In this document: piece after piece, positions 18,354 through 36,346 of the stretch
Numbering within the stretch: position 1 is the first letter of the stretch
Layout of the letters: the number at the start of each line of letters is the position of its first letter
Source of the DNA: Eledone cirrhosa
Lineage: Eukaryota
Direction: 5' to 3'
Assembly: GCA_964016885.1 (NCBI GenBank)
Contig: OZ024753.1
Span: 32,550,001 to 32,614,000, forward strand
Length of the DNA stretch: 64,000 nt
The notes under the pieces: model-generated
What the model saw: the letters and a program-made list of their open reading frames with translations, nothing else
Database searches by the model: none
What the model was told of the DNA's origin: nothing
Position numbers and translations under genes: made by a program

Positions 18354-19278
18354 CAAACATTTAATGTTTCCAAAATGGCAGAAATATTTTTTACAACTTA
18401 TAACTATTTCATTTCATATTGGAATAGACAAACCATATTTATATCGTACAAAATTAAACAACATCGAAAACATTATTAATATTTACGTAGAGATTGAGGC
18501 AAATTGCTACAATTTTAACGACTTCATATACAAATAGTCCTAGAATTGAAAAGAAAGAATATCTATATATTGTATGATAGGATAGCTGGATAGGTACTGT
18601 ACAGCATATCTGTTTCTAGCGCAATTTACTGAAGCACACACACACACTCAATTCCCCCTCTCTCTCTCTGATATATATATATATACATATATATACACGT
18701 ATATATATATGCATATATACATACATTAATATATACATACATATACACATATATATATATGTATACGTATATATTATACATGTATGCATATATATATTAT
18801 ATACATATATATACACGTATATATATATATATGCATATATACATACATTAATATATACATACATATACACATATATATATACATATATATTATACATGTA
18901 TGCATATATATATTATATATATATGTGTGTGTGTGTCCATACATACAGAATGAATGGTTGCTTTATGGATTATTTACTCTAATACATATCTAATATATTG
19001 TCGTTTATTACACCGGTAGATGAATTCTTTGTTGTTATGTATTGTGTAACATGTGTGTTTATATCATAGATATATAATGGCTTCAGCAGTCACACTTTCT
19101 TTTATAAGCTTTGTTCCTAGATCTCAATCTCCTGTCATTTCCTATTAAGTCAACTGGTCTCCGGGAAACGCAATATATCTACACTATAGGAGAATATTTC
19201 CCCTTGTTTCCATTACTACATCGCTATCTATATACAAACAACTATGTGTCTAATACACACAGACACACACATATATAA

Positions 19279-19364
<86 letters not shown>

Positions 19365-19649
19365 GAGTTTGTGGGTATTATGCATTCGCATACATGTATT
19401 ATGCACACGCATACATATATACCACATTTGTACTCTCATTCACACAAGTCATTTTTCTGCTGCCATTTTCCGCCAATTACATTTGTTCACATTACGTTTC
19501 CTTTATGAATCGAAGTAATTATTTTCCTCTACACATAAGACCTGAAAAAAGCGCATTTAAACTCAACGTGAAACAACAGAGGCTTGATACTGATATATCA
19601 CCTGAAAGTTACAAAAAAATATATTAAATATAGCTTCGAATTTCTCTCC

Positions 19650-20215
19650 ACATTTATCTTTAGTGTCGCACTGCTTGATCTGATGGAAAAGTCTTTTATA
19701 GTGCAGCAAATCGACAGCTAACCCGATTATGTGTTATATTCATAAGGTTCACTTCCTTGAGATCATTTTTCGGGACCTCGTTTTTTCATAAAAGTCTCTT
19801 TTACAATTTCTAAATTCCAGCTCACATTATGCATCATATGGCCATACCAGTGCAGTCATCGCTCTTTCTCACAATATTCGATTCGTCTTATATTCGTCTT
19901 ATAATCAGCTTTTCTCTCAGTTAACGAGAACTTTGTCATTCATTACGCTAACATCACACATACTGCAGTGAATACATATTTCATTCCTTTGCAACCATCA
20001 CAAATGTTTTGTATACGTGGCCCCTATCACGCAGCCAAGTAACATAGTATTTTGAACACAGGTAACGTATAATCCGCCTTTCATTGAGAGAGATTACCTT
20101 TGTTAACAACAGAGGCAACAGCTGCTCGAAATTCTTTTATTCTGTACTCCGTCAGGTCACAACACTTGTACATAAATCCCCACTGTTAATGAGGTCATTT
20201 ACTAGGCTCGACTGA
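19650..20215 (-). mobile_element. Decayed RTE-clade LINE, 3' ORF fragment
   Basis: Minus-strand pieces FEQLLPLLLTK, LYVTCVQNTMLLGC and ER*LHWYGHMMH match the RTE post-RT motifs (LY..CVR..MLYG.E.W; RRLRW.GH..R); stops and frameshifts present. Confidence 0.75.
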
Positions 20216-21036
20216 AATGTTCATAACTTGACCAAGATACTCTCTTAGAATCACCAAATCTGGTTTATTTTTCTATATAGTCATTTCACAGAAACAAACG
20301 AATTATTAATAGGAGAATTTGAAATTAATGCATTTCACAGCTCTAGCATCACTCGACCATAGTCAACTTCTGAACGTTTCAGCCTACATTCGTATATTGA
20401 AGAATATTTCTACTATCTCTCGTGTGTATTCTGGGTATATAATGGAGTTTAGTTGTAGAGTAACTTTAGTGTTGACTACCTTTGTGTACCTATAACATAT
20501 ATAACGCACGCACACACACAAACACAAATGTAATTTGACTATTTTTCCCTTTTCTTTACTTCTACTACTGCTTCCCGTATCGGGTTTATATATAAGGTAG
20601 GTAGGAGATACGGTCCAAGGGTCGAGTCCTATTTTAAATATATAATAAAATATACCCATAGCTATTTTCAAAATTTAGTATATTATAATTGTTATGAAAT
20701 ATATTTGTCTTCCTTTGTTCGAGAGGTTAGCATAACTTGAGGCTGGAATATAATCCTTGTTCCATGAGTAACGGCTTACGTTCATGCACGTTTAAGTTGC
20801 ATTAAGATTCTTGACATCCAATGATCCCGAGTGGCTTTAATTCGGCCTTTCATAGTTTATGTGACAAAAATAAATAATACATTGATTGCAACTTTTTATG
20901 TTCCTAAATGCATAAGAATTCTGATAATGGTAACAGCAGTTATGTGGATACTGATGACAATGACGTTAAATAAAGAGCGATGAAAATAATCAACACAATT
21001 TATAAGCAGAAAGAATTAAGGCTTAATCTCTCTCTC

Positions 21037-21104
<68 letters not shown>

Positions 21105-21269
21105 TATATATATATATATAATCATGCTGCTATCCAGTAGATATAATCTAAACAAGCTAGTAGCGTATATCTTTACAATTATTGTTCTTTATTTTATTTT
21201 CTGTCAATAATACAATAAAACGTTAATTATGATATGAATTTTAAATGCGATATTTCATTCACCTAAGGT

Positions 21270-21344
21270 ACATACATACATACATACATACATACATACA
21301 TACATACATACATACATACATACATACATACATACATACATACA

Positions 21345-21373
<29 letters not shown>
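21270..21373. repeat. (TACA)n microsatellite
   Basis: Direct reading; abuts the R4/Dong-like fragment. Confidence 0.98.
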
Positions 21374-21374
<1 letters not shown>

Positions 21375-21375
<1 letters not shown>

Positions 21376-21847
21376 GTGAAAAGGAGAATATGTATGCATA
21401 ACTGATGAGAAATCTGCAGATACTCCACCCTGATTACACCTTCAGATTTATGCCTGTGATTATTGGGGTATTGGGCTATGTTAGTAACTGCCTCAATACA
21501 AATCTTGAGAAGCTAGGCTTCACAGGAACAGAAAGAACACAGCTAGTTAGGAAATTACAAGTACAATCCATTAATGGAACAGTAAAAAATATGTAAAATA
21601 TTCCAAAAATGTAGCATCTAATAACTGCATATACACATGTACAGATGCAAAGCATATACACATGCACACATACAACTCAAAACATACACATTCACGCATA
21701 CAATAACATCCATATCTACACATGCATGCATACATACATATCTACCTAATTGATGTTGTGTAAATTCCAATGAGAGAGTCTTATGTCTATGTTAGAAACC
21801 GACTCTCTCTCTATTGGTAAAACTTTGTGAAATTATAAAACCAGAAG

Positions 21848-21848
<1 letters not shown>
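21375..21848 (+). mobile_element. 5'-truncated R4/Dong-like non-LTR retrotransposon (C-terminus of restriction-like endonuclease plus 3' UTR)
   Basis: EKENMYA*LMRNLQILHPDYTFRFMPVIIGVLGYV matches the K..KY..L...PvviGalG end of RLE domains; 3' stem-loop at 21766-21818; flanked by (TACA)n and (CA)n. Confidence 0.7.
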
Positions 21849-21923
<75 letters not shown>

Positions 21924-22270
21924 TACATGTAGTTTCACTTTCCTGATATCACCCATGTCCTCCCAATTTCATTTATGTCAATGTTATTCAGTTGTATTAA
22001 ATAGTGATTTATCTCTTTTCTTTTTCATATTATAAATTTATGTCTACTGTCAAATCAACGAAGATCCGCCTGTTCATTTAATGAGAAGGAACAAAGTACA
22101 TTATCTATTGAAGATGTAATGCACTGGGTAATTGCTGGCCTTGTGCCTAAAGTAGAAACAATAATCTATTGAAGATGTATTGATAACAAACTGGAATATA
22201 TAATGTCTTGTATATATATACCCACACATGTATACACATCCACCCCTACACTATATATATATATATATAT

Positions 22271-22415
22271 AATTGTTTCTAATTTTGGCACAAGGCCAGC
22301 AATTACTCAGTGTATTACCGATACTTTATTTTATCGACCCCATAAGGATGAAAGGCAAAGTTAACCTCGGCGGGATTTGAACTCAGAATGCCAAGGGCCG
22401 TAACTCCATGCGTCA
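22271..22415 (-). mobile_element. tRNA-derived SINE
   Basis: Reverse complement has B-box GAGTTCAAATCC followed by the family core GCCGAGGTTAACTTTGCCTTTCATCC...GGGGTCGATAAAATAAAGTA. Confidence 0.85.
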
Positions 22416-23004
22416 ATGATACGTTTACATATGAGCGTATGCGTGTGTGCATGTTGGCATGAATATATAAACTTAGTGATTTCTCAATATTTATCTGAAA
22501 TATGACTATTTAGATCTATACATTTAGAAGTATCAATATGTATATTATTCTGTTCATACAATAAAAAAAATGTAATGGAATAGCATAAAATATATGAATT
22601 TACATTTAAAGTAATGTCAATATTTAAAGATGTTTTTAGTCATTTGAATACATTAATTGTAATCTGCATTCTATATATCTATATCAACATAAAACCATTT
22701 AACACAATACCTGTTCCTTGATGCTTTCGAATGATAGATCTAATTCCTAACTCGGTTTAAGACGACCAGTTGGTGCTAGGCTATCTTTAAAGAAATTCAC
22801 ACCGATAGTCTAGATATCAAGTTTGAGGTTAGCTTCATCACACCTTTCAAGTGATATCCTTTGAGCGGAAAAGCGCTATGAGAACTTAACAGTCACTGTG
22901 CTAAAGTGATGTTATGTGTTATTGTTGATATCTGTGCATTTAACAGTCGATTAAATATTATGGTCGCAAACATGGCCAAATATTTGAGAGGTTCTCTTCG
23001 CAAT

Positions 23005-23105
23005 CATTAGGTCGCGGCTTCAATCCCACTTTGTAGCATCTGTGGCAAGTGTCCTTTACCATAACTTCCGGTCGATGCAAACCTTGAGAACGAAATTGCG
23101 TAGAT
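23005..23105 (+). mobile_element. Second SINE family fragment
   Basis: GGCTTCAATCCCACT...GGCAAGTGTCCTT (B-box-like plus GGCAAGTGTC core); related minus-strand copies at 59338-59435 and 60050-60180. Confidence 0.55.
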
Positions 23106-24018
23106 TAAAATTGTCTGGATATCAACCTCTCGGATGAACTGTACGTTGAATGTCCATGCCAAATACGTTAAAGGTATACGCGTCTGCTGAATGTTCAACT
23201 ACTTACACGATAAGTTGAACGATAGGTTGAACGAAAATAAATACTTGAAAATTCATCGCAGAAACCGACGGAGGACCAATGGCTTCGGTAACATTTAGAC
23301 AAACGTTGGTTAACAAGCTTATTCTATCGTAATAGTGGCAATTTTACTTCAACTTCTAAAAACAAACACGAATGAATCAACAACATAAACAAATAATAAT
23401 AATGATACCAACAGACTGAGACATAGCTGTCGACGAAAAACCAATCTCAATATATACAAAAAATATTTTTCATATGTTAAAACTTACATCACCCCAAGAT
23501 ATCGTATCAATAACTTGAACTTGATATCATTGGCTACATTCTTTCATGTCATAATATGACAAATTCATATTTTTCAAATCCCTCGTAAGATGTCTATTCA
23601 TATATGTTGATCTGATTTCCATGACATACTATACTCAACTATAGAAATTACGTTTTCAATAAGTATACCTACGTCACCCTTGAGTCAGAGACACATTACT
23701 ATATATTATATAGTAGACTACATATATATATAGCTGTGTTTGTGTGTTTATGTATGTATATGTGTAAATTCACTTATTTAGTGGTTCACCTGCGCGTGCG
23801 CGCACACACACATACATATGTATATATATACACATTTTAGTACAGCTTAAACGAAGCTTTAGATTGCGGCCAAGCTAACGAATGCAAATTCGGTATGTAG
23901 CTTTAGCACTCGGATGGGGATAGTACCCAGAGTAATAACAATGAGTTTAGACAGCTTAGCAAATCAAATATAGCGATCGGCAGTCCAGCCGCATTACCAC
24001 AGCAACGAAAATACAGGA

Positions 24019-24060
<42 letters not shown>

Positions 24061-24223
24061 TGAAATAACAATCACATTTTAATAATTTGTATGAAAAAAA
24101 TAATATTTCTTTCTCAACAATAACAGCCAATTCATGACTCTATTTTAAATTACATAGCGTATATTCTCTTATTTAATATGACTGTCACGGTTACAATATG
24201 TGTAATCAATGGGCAACAGTGAT

Positions 24224-24271
<48 letters not shown>

Positions 24272-25472
24272 ATCGCTATATATATATATATATTGATAAT
24301 ATTCCTGAAGAATGTTAAATATAGAGAGATAAATAATGCAAAATAAACATGGAATATAGTGGACAATGTAAACTCTATTATATTTTAATGTATACTATGG
24401 TTACAGTTGAGAGCCGAGGAGGGGGAAATTGTATTAACCAACCAGGTAGATTTATAGATATATTTATTACCTCTAATATTCATTTGTCCAATATATATGT
24501 TGAATTTAATGTTCTTTCTTTATAGTATTAATGGAGATATCATAATAGAAAGGTCATTGCTCGTGATCTTTTAAATGACATCGACTACTAATAGACGGAA
24601 TGGAGATATATATGGTTGACATACCGCATATTTGGCATGTGAGCTAAAATTACCATTACACTACATGGCTAAATATATCTAATAAGATAGTAAATAATAA
24701 AAAGAGAGAATAGTTATGTTTGCTCTCAGAAGAATGCACGATCAAATCATAGGACCCTTCAAATAATAACAGACAAGGATCTAGACGAATGGCGCCAATA
24801 GTAAAATAAACTTGTCCAGATTGCTGCGCAGTAGAATCAATACAGAAATCAAATAGTTCCAAAGTGAATTACATAGCGATAGTTGGTGTTTGGCCCTGTT
24901 ATATGTTTCGGGAGCTGTGACTGAACTTTAAACGGAAATATTTCTAACAGGCTTAGATACTGATCATTTTTCAATTTAATGCTATAGATAATACAGCGAC
25001 AGGTGGGGGTTGAGGTACAAGAAATATAAAAAAAGGATGATAATGATACAAACGGTGACAAGGTTTTACCAGTATATCAACTGTTATATATTAAAAATTG
25101 ACACTAAATTTCATAAAATTTTTTTTAAATGTCTGTTACATAATAGCGTACACTTTGTAAGAATTATACACAGAAACGATATACACAGAAACGATAAGAA
25201 ATCAATGTTCGGTTATTTATTTGACAGCAACAAGTTTAGAGGAAGAGAGGTAGGAGGTGGTATATAGTCATCTAATATTCCAAAGCAGTTTCTGAGAGAA
25301 TGATATGGCTGCATACTTCAAACTTCAGAATATATACATCAACAACACATACACTCACATGTGTTTGCATATACAGATATATATATGCACACATGTATAT
25401 ATGTGTATATTTATATTTATATATGTATATATAAATATACGCATACACACACACAAACACACACACACACAT

Positions 25473-25515
<43 letters not shown>

Positions 25516-27138
25516 TAGATAGATATAGATATAAATAGATGCACACAGAGAAAGAGAGTAAAGCAAGAGAGACTGTATTATATAAATGCTTCGTATTATT
25601 TATCAATGAAAGCATTTTGTTTAAATCTAATAATTCAATTTCAAATCTATTTCTATCGAAATTTTGAAGGATAATCAATAACCTTATAACATTAACATTT
25701 CAACTCAACCTGCATCCGCAATTTAGAATATAACTTCTCCAGGCTTTTTCTATACTTTCCTACATATTCGATGCTTTACAATGAGATAAATGTCATAAAT
25801 ATATTTATAAAAGGCAGATAACGACTAAATAATGAAAGAAGAATATGTTTCCAAAAATATTATCATGTCTTAGATGCGGACGTTCGACAGCTATGATACG
25901 TTTTTGGCTTTCGGTAACGAAAATGATGATTAGCTACGGTATTTCTTTTTATCCACATACTGATTGCCTAGTCTGAATGTTCGCAGCAGAATTAAAGATT
26001 TAACTTAACTATAGCCACCCATGCACTATTTTACCATTCGCACTCTCTTGTTTACGATGATGTATATTCTTTGTTATTGTGTTGTATTGTTCTACCACGT
26101 AACTATCATATTCCAGATTAGCACGTTATCAATTACACCACAGATCCTCTGTATTATGTATGGTTGCCCATCTGATATCTAATGTTCCTATGTCGTAAAA
26201 GGACTTGATACCACATTATGTATATATTCCAATTTCGCATATCGTGTTAAAATGAGTCGATTAAAATATTAACACTTTATGTGGATCCCTTTCAAACATG
26301 TCCTGCTTCCATTGATGGAGTTGTAAGGGCGTCATAGTGACATAAGGTGTTTCGTTTCTTGGGCATTTAAAACCTAGCGGCACATATTCTCTCTCCAGCT
26401 GGAAATTCAGCTGATTTCTTAGAAGGGTAGAGGTAGAGAGAGGAAGAATCAATCCTAGTAGTGTATTGGTACTTTTTATTGATTCTGAAAGGCTGAAAAG
26501 CAAAGCTGCCATCGGTCGGATAAAAGCTCAGAGCGCGCAAAGCATTCTATCCAACGTTTTAACGATTCGGCCAAATTTAAAAAGAAGAATAGAAGACACA
26601 ATCTCAAACTATCGCCCGTTTTAAATTCCTATCTAGGCACTAGTACATTTAGCAGTGCTTAATCTGTTGCAGTAATCCGTGAGACGTCTCCGGTTTGATG
26701 GTACAGTCTTCCTCTTTCCCTACTAGTTTTGAAGGCATCTTAAATTTGTCAGGTATAATATTCTACCGACTAAATAATAAAACATTTCTACTCCGATAGA
26801 AGAATAGCAATCACTTTTCCACCAGCAGGGTTGACAAATTTTGCATAATAACATAATATCAAATAATGAATATGAAACATTTTCTCAGCCCAGCATTACA
26901 GGATTGTACAGGCTATGCAATTAAGAAACTATTTATTACATCAATTTTTATTTCTATTTAATCATTGATATAAAATATTACATCTGTGTGAAAAAAATAT
27001 CAGCAATGAGATAATTAAAATGATTGCCATTCCATTGCAATGAATGATGAATAAAATTGAGTAAAATACGTTAACAAATTATTTAAAGAGACATATTCTA
27101 TCTTAATATTATAATATATTTATGTCGAAAATGATACT

Positions 27139-27188
<50 letters not shown>

Positions 27189-27400
27189 GGCGTTTGTGTG
27201 TGTGTGCATGTATGTATGTATCTATCTACGCATGTGAATGTGTATGAATATATGGGAGTATATATATATATATATATGAGAGAGGAAGAGTGACAAATAC
27301 ACTCATATAACTACTTCTAACAAAAATCTTTTTAATTGAACAATTTCATATAAATTTCAAGAAAATTATACAAATTATTCGTATTATATTCAAAAGTATG

Positions 27401-27470
<70 letters not shown>

Positions 27471-27917
27471 TTTATTGAAATTAGAACTGATTTGCCAAAA
27501 CTCCACCTGAAGCACAGAAAAATTTGGAAATAAATACAGAAATACAATAGAGGAAAATTACATATATCTATTTCTGTAGAAGATACATCGTTTAACTATA
27601 TAATTTATATTGAAATGAATGAGAGTAAACTTTAAAGTTTCCGTTTTAAATAACATATTTTAAATAACAAGTTTAGATTGATGAGTTCTGCTTAGCTCTG
27701 TATGGTAATTACAATTAATTATCTGGGGGAAGATAATTGAGAAAATAAGAATGACGTAACCTTTTAAAGTATAATATATTGGTTATATAGTGTGAATGTT
27801 AGACGAAATTCAGTTGTATCTCGGATATATAATCAAAGATTTCTCAACATTGTAGAATTTTTCAAGCGTATTTGCTGATTAAATACTCCATGTCCAACAA
27901 CAACAACACGAATAACA

Positions 27918-28140
27918 TTGGTTTCTGATTTAGGCAAAAGGCGAACAGTGGTGGAGGAGGGGAAAAATCGATTAAATCGATTCCAGTGGGTTACTGCTAC
28001 TTTATTTTATCGAGCCCGAAAGGATGGCAGCCAAGGTTAACAGTGGTGTTATGGTGTTTTGAACTCGGAACGTAAAGGGCTACAACTCTATGCTGCAAAT
28101 CATGTTGTCTGACGCTCTACCAATATTGCCAATTCACCGA
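27918..28140 (-). mobile_element. tRNA-derived SINE, near full length
   Basis: TTTTATCGAGCCCGAAAGGATG...GTTAAC...TTTGAACTCGGAACGTA...CTCTACCAATATTGCCAA, colinear with the reverse complement of 43667-43845. Confidence 0.75.
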
Positions 28141-28174
28141 CATATAGTAATAATAATAATAATAATAATAATGG

Positions 28175-28340
28175 ATTCTCATATAGGCACAAGGCCAGCA
28201 ATTTAGGAGGAGAGGAAAGTCGATTAAATCGACCCCAGGGCGTGATTGGTACTCTATTTTATAGACCCCTTAAGGAGGAATGGCAAAGCCAACCTCGGCG
28301 GAATCCCTCCACGTCAACCTCGGCGGAATCCCTCCACGTA
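28175..28340 (-). mobile_element. SINE 3' half, truncated at a 24-bp tandem duplication
   Basis: GGCACAAGGCCAGCAATTT...GGCAAAGCCAACCTCGGCGGAAT; CAACCTCGGCGGAATCCCTCCACGT occurs twice. Confidence 0.75.
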
Positions 28341-28664
28341 CAGCCTGTAAACTCATTTTACCAGTTTTAAAAGAATATTTAAAGTATGATGGGCCTTGCT
28401 AGAAGCAACAGTGTATACGTCTTCCGCAGAATACGGACTGATCTACTCGTCTGTATTTTTACAGATTTCGCTGCTTTCCTACGCCATTCGAATCTGCCAG
28501 CTACAAATTATAAAATAATGGAAATACATAATTCATATTTAGAAAAACGTTGTAAATTTGCTGCCAAATGAGATAAGCTTCTCCTAGGCTGCTGCTATCT
28601 GGCTGTCATAATAGTGATGGGCTGCATTGTTTTCTTTAGTATATATTTTACATGGGGCAAATTG

Positions 28665-28830
28665 TGAAAGACGTTAGCACGTCGGATAGAAAGCTTTGCC
28701 GTACTCTGTCCTGGTCTCTACGCTATCTGAACTCAAATTCGGACGAGGCCACATTATTGTTTCATTCTTATGAAATCGATAAAAGAATGTGCAAGTCCAA
28801 CACTGGGGTCGATTCTTCCTCCCTTCCATG
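28665..28830 (+). mobile_element. Degenerate SINE
   Basis: GTTAGCACGTCGGATAGAAAGC...AACTCAAATTCGGACGAGG...TTTCATTC...TCGATAAAA...GGGGTCGATT. Confidence 0.55.
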
Positions 28831-29333
28831 CGACCTATAATGGGGTGAGCTCCGCCGGTTTTAAAAGTATCCAAGACACGCCGCATGTCACTACGGCGCC
28901 CCTTCGGTTTATATCAAGAGCAACTCACCTTCCATCCATCCATACATACATCTTATAAAGTCACCAGCGTACACTATTATTACACAATACTTCGTTTAAC
29001 AAAACATTACAGCATCGTTACGCTATATTGTCTTATATCCCACGCGTTTTCCTAAGATAACTGCAATAATTCACTATAAGAAATCATTTACAATGCAAAC
29101 CTTTGCAAATCCATTCTCCTAAAACGTCGTCAACCTGCGACTATAACAGACAGCGAGATCTTGTTAATGGGCAGATGCAGATGTTAGAACTGATTATTCT
29201 ATATTGTAATTAATCCTTTTATGTTGTGTAAGTATGGCACTCGTGTTAGTTTACCTTTTACCTACAGATATATAATCATTGTTCCTAGAGTGGTTTTATA
29301 TATTTAAACAGAAATGATATAACACCTCCTACG

Positions 29334-30370
<1,037 letters not shown>

Positions 30371-30501
30371 ATAGAAAGTTATATTTAAATTGTTGGGTTA
30401 CAACTAGTAAATATTTATAACTGATATAAAAGCACTCGACAAGTATTTGGAGTATATTTACAATATTAAATAATGGAAACTATATTTATAAAACCATATT
30501 T

Positions 30502-30564
30502 ATTTCATTATATATATTTCAGGATATCATATTAACAATATGCTATGCCTTCCTCAGACAAAAT
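30502..30564 (-). ncRNA. Type I hammerhead ribozyme motif
   Basis: Reverse complement reads ATTTTGT-CTGAGGA-stem II-GAAA-TATATA-TA-ATGAAAT; stem I pairs fully allowing wobbles. Confidence 0.65.
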
Positions 30565-30720
30565 ACAATATAAACAGTTTTATAGATAAATAGATTCGAC
30601 ATACGTAACAACATCGACTTGTATTTGAAAAGGTTGATTTGGCAGATCAACCTTTTCAAATACAAGTCGATGTTGTTACGGTATGTCGAATCTATTTATC
30701 TATAAAACTGTTTATATTGT

Positions 30721-30784
30721 ATTTTGTCTGAGGAAGGCATAGCATATTGTTAATATGATATCCCTGAAATATATATAATCAAAT
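30721..30784 (+). ncRNA. Type I hammerhead ribozyme motif
   Basis: CTGAGGA 30728-30734; stem II AGGCATAGCATATT/AATATGATATCCCT; GAAA 30766-30769; palindromic stem III; one mismatch in stem I. Confidence 0.6.
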
Positions 30785-30832
30785 AATATGGTTTTATAAA
30801 TATAGTTTCCATTTATTAAATATTATAAATAC

Positions 30833-32665
<1,833 letters not shown>

Positions 32666-32780
32666 TGAAGACAAACATAGATATTCTGTATGTTTATATT
32701 AAACATTTTGAAGACCTAATCAGTATAGGATAGAATACGTCACGTATTACAATTTGAGATTCTCGATAAAAGCAAGGGAA

Positions 32781-32823
32781 GTAACCTACGCGTTTCATTC
32801 TTATTAGAAATCTTCAGGATTAC
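32781..32823 (-). ncRNA. Type I hammerhead ribozyme
   Basis: Exact reverse complement of 33172-33214. Confidence 0.85.
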
Positions 32824-33171
32824 ATATCCAATGCTTTCATCGAGAATGACACAGCTAGAGACTTATAGAATACTTAGCTGTGTACAGGAACTGGTTTGAA
32901 AGAGCGGTTGCCGGTCCGGCAGAAATTAGAATTTGGATTTAATGCTCTGAAATAGCGATATATATGTGAAGACAAACATATTATGATAAACATACAGAAT
33001 ATTTTCGAATATTCTATGTTTGTCTTCACATATATATCGCTATTTCAGAGCATTAAATCCAAATTCTAATTTCTGCCGGACCGGCAACCGCTCTTTCAAA
33101 CCTGTTCCTGTACACAGCTAAGTATTCTATAAGTCTCTAGCTGTGTCATTCTCGATGAAAGCATTGGATAT

Positions 33172-33214
33172 GTAATCCTGAAGATTTCTAATAAGAATGA
33201 AACGCGTAGGTTAC
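33172..33214 (+). ncRNA. Type I hammerhead ribozyme
   Basis: GTAATC-CTGAAGA-TTTCTAATAAGAAT-GAAA-CGCG-TA-GGTTAC; GUA triplet; palindromic stem III; stem I extends via 33148-33163 / 33221-33236. Confidence 0.85.
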
Positions 33215-33375
33215 TTCCCTTGCTTTTATCGAGAATCTCAAATTGTAATACGTGACCGTATTCTATCCTATAGCGATTAGGTCTTCAAAATGTTTATTAT
33301 AAACATACAGAATATTTTCGAATATTCTGTTTGTCTTCACATATATATGGCTATTTCAGAGCATTAAATCCAAAT

Positions 33376-35205
<1,830 letters not shown>

Positions 35206-36208
35206 ATAAGTGTGTGTGTGTGCGTGTGCGTGTATATGTGAATAAGACCGTTATTGCTCCAATCAACCCACTATGCCTATACATTTATATGGTAGTGCGA
35301 CGATTAAATGTAATAAATAATATATATATATATGTATGTATGCATATGTATGTATATCATATCACTAGATGTGACTAAAATGTAGAATAACATTTATTGA
35401 ATAAATATCAAACATAAAAAGAAAATGAATGGTGAGGTTAACTTACTTCCCATTATAACAAAGCCCTACTGAGAAATTAATGGCACCAACTTCAGAAATA
35501 TAAAACAGCAATGTTTAACTTTCAACAATAGCGTAGTAGAACAATTTATTGTTCCGTTTTCTGAAAACCTTTTCACCATTCCACCTAATTGTCCTAAGAA
35601 CTGTGTTAACATACTTCACTCTAACTGCATTATAAACTTTATCAATAATAAGGCTTAACATATGCATACATCACAAAAAAGAATATTTCTTTTCCAAAAT
35701 CCCGATAATATTATTGTTATTTCAAGATAAATTAGAACAATACGTTTTGTTCAAAGCTTACATGGCAAGACTTACTTGTATTGTTAGGTTAGATATCATT
35801 GTATTGAGAAATATATTATAATATCATTAGATTAAAGGCAATAAGTGAAATACTTGTTTGAATATAGTCAATACGTAAAATATGGAATTGCAATTGTTAA
35901 TTTTGACTGAGAGAAGAATATTAGCTACGTTCAGGAGTTATTAAACTTGTAGATAGAAACATTTATATGTGTCTGAATATAATCATGATTATATGAAAGC
36001 CGTATAAATCATATCATAGGTACACTATCAGTTTTGCGCGAATCCGAGTTCCTCCTCTGAGACGAAATATTCGTGTTGACAGAATAAATAATAATTTAAT
36101 AAACTAAATTAATCCACTTCTATCATATTTACTAAAAGCAAAGTCGACTATATTGATACCCAGTACTTTACTGGTACTTTAAATCCTCGACCACAAGAAG
36201 ATAAAAAG

Positions 36209-36246
<38 letters not shown>

Positions 36247-36277
36247 AGATCAAAAGATGGTTAAAGGAGTTCCATGT

Positions 36278-36346
36278 ATTTTATTATGCGCATTTCAAAA
36301 ACAAACATCATCATGCAATAATATTTGTGTTTTCATCAGATAAAAC
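36278..36346 (-). ncRNA. Type I hammerhead ribozyme in the sense-strand 3' pLTR
   Basis: Reverse complement of 38711-38779. Confidence 0.82.

Larger units (their letters stand above)
30372..30832. mobile_element. Non-coding palindromic hammerhead mini-element (family B)
   Basis: ~185 bp inverted arms (30455-30639 / 30645-30831), an HHR motif in each arm, embedded in (TA)n. Confidence 0.85.

Noticed and set aside
24298-24370. CTGAAGA followed by an ATGTT/AACAT stem
   Set aside because: GGAA instead of GAAA, no valid cleavage triplet and poor stem I; at best a relic
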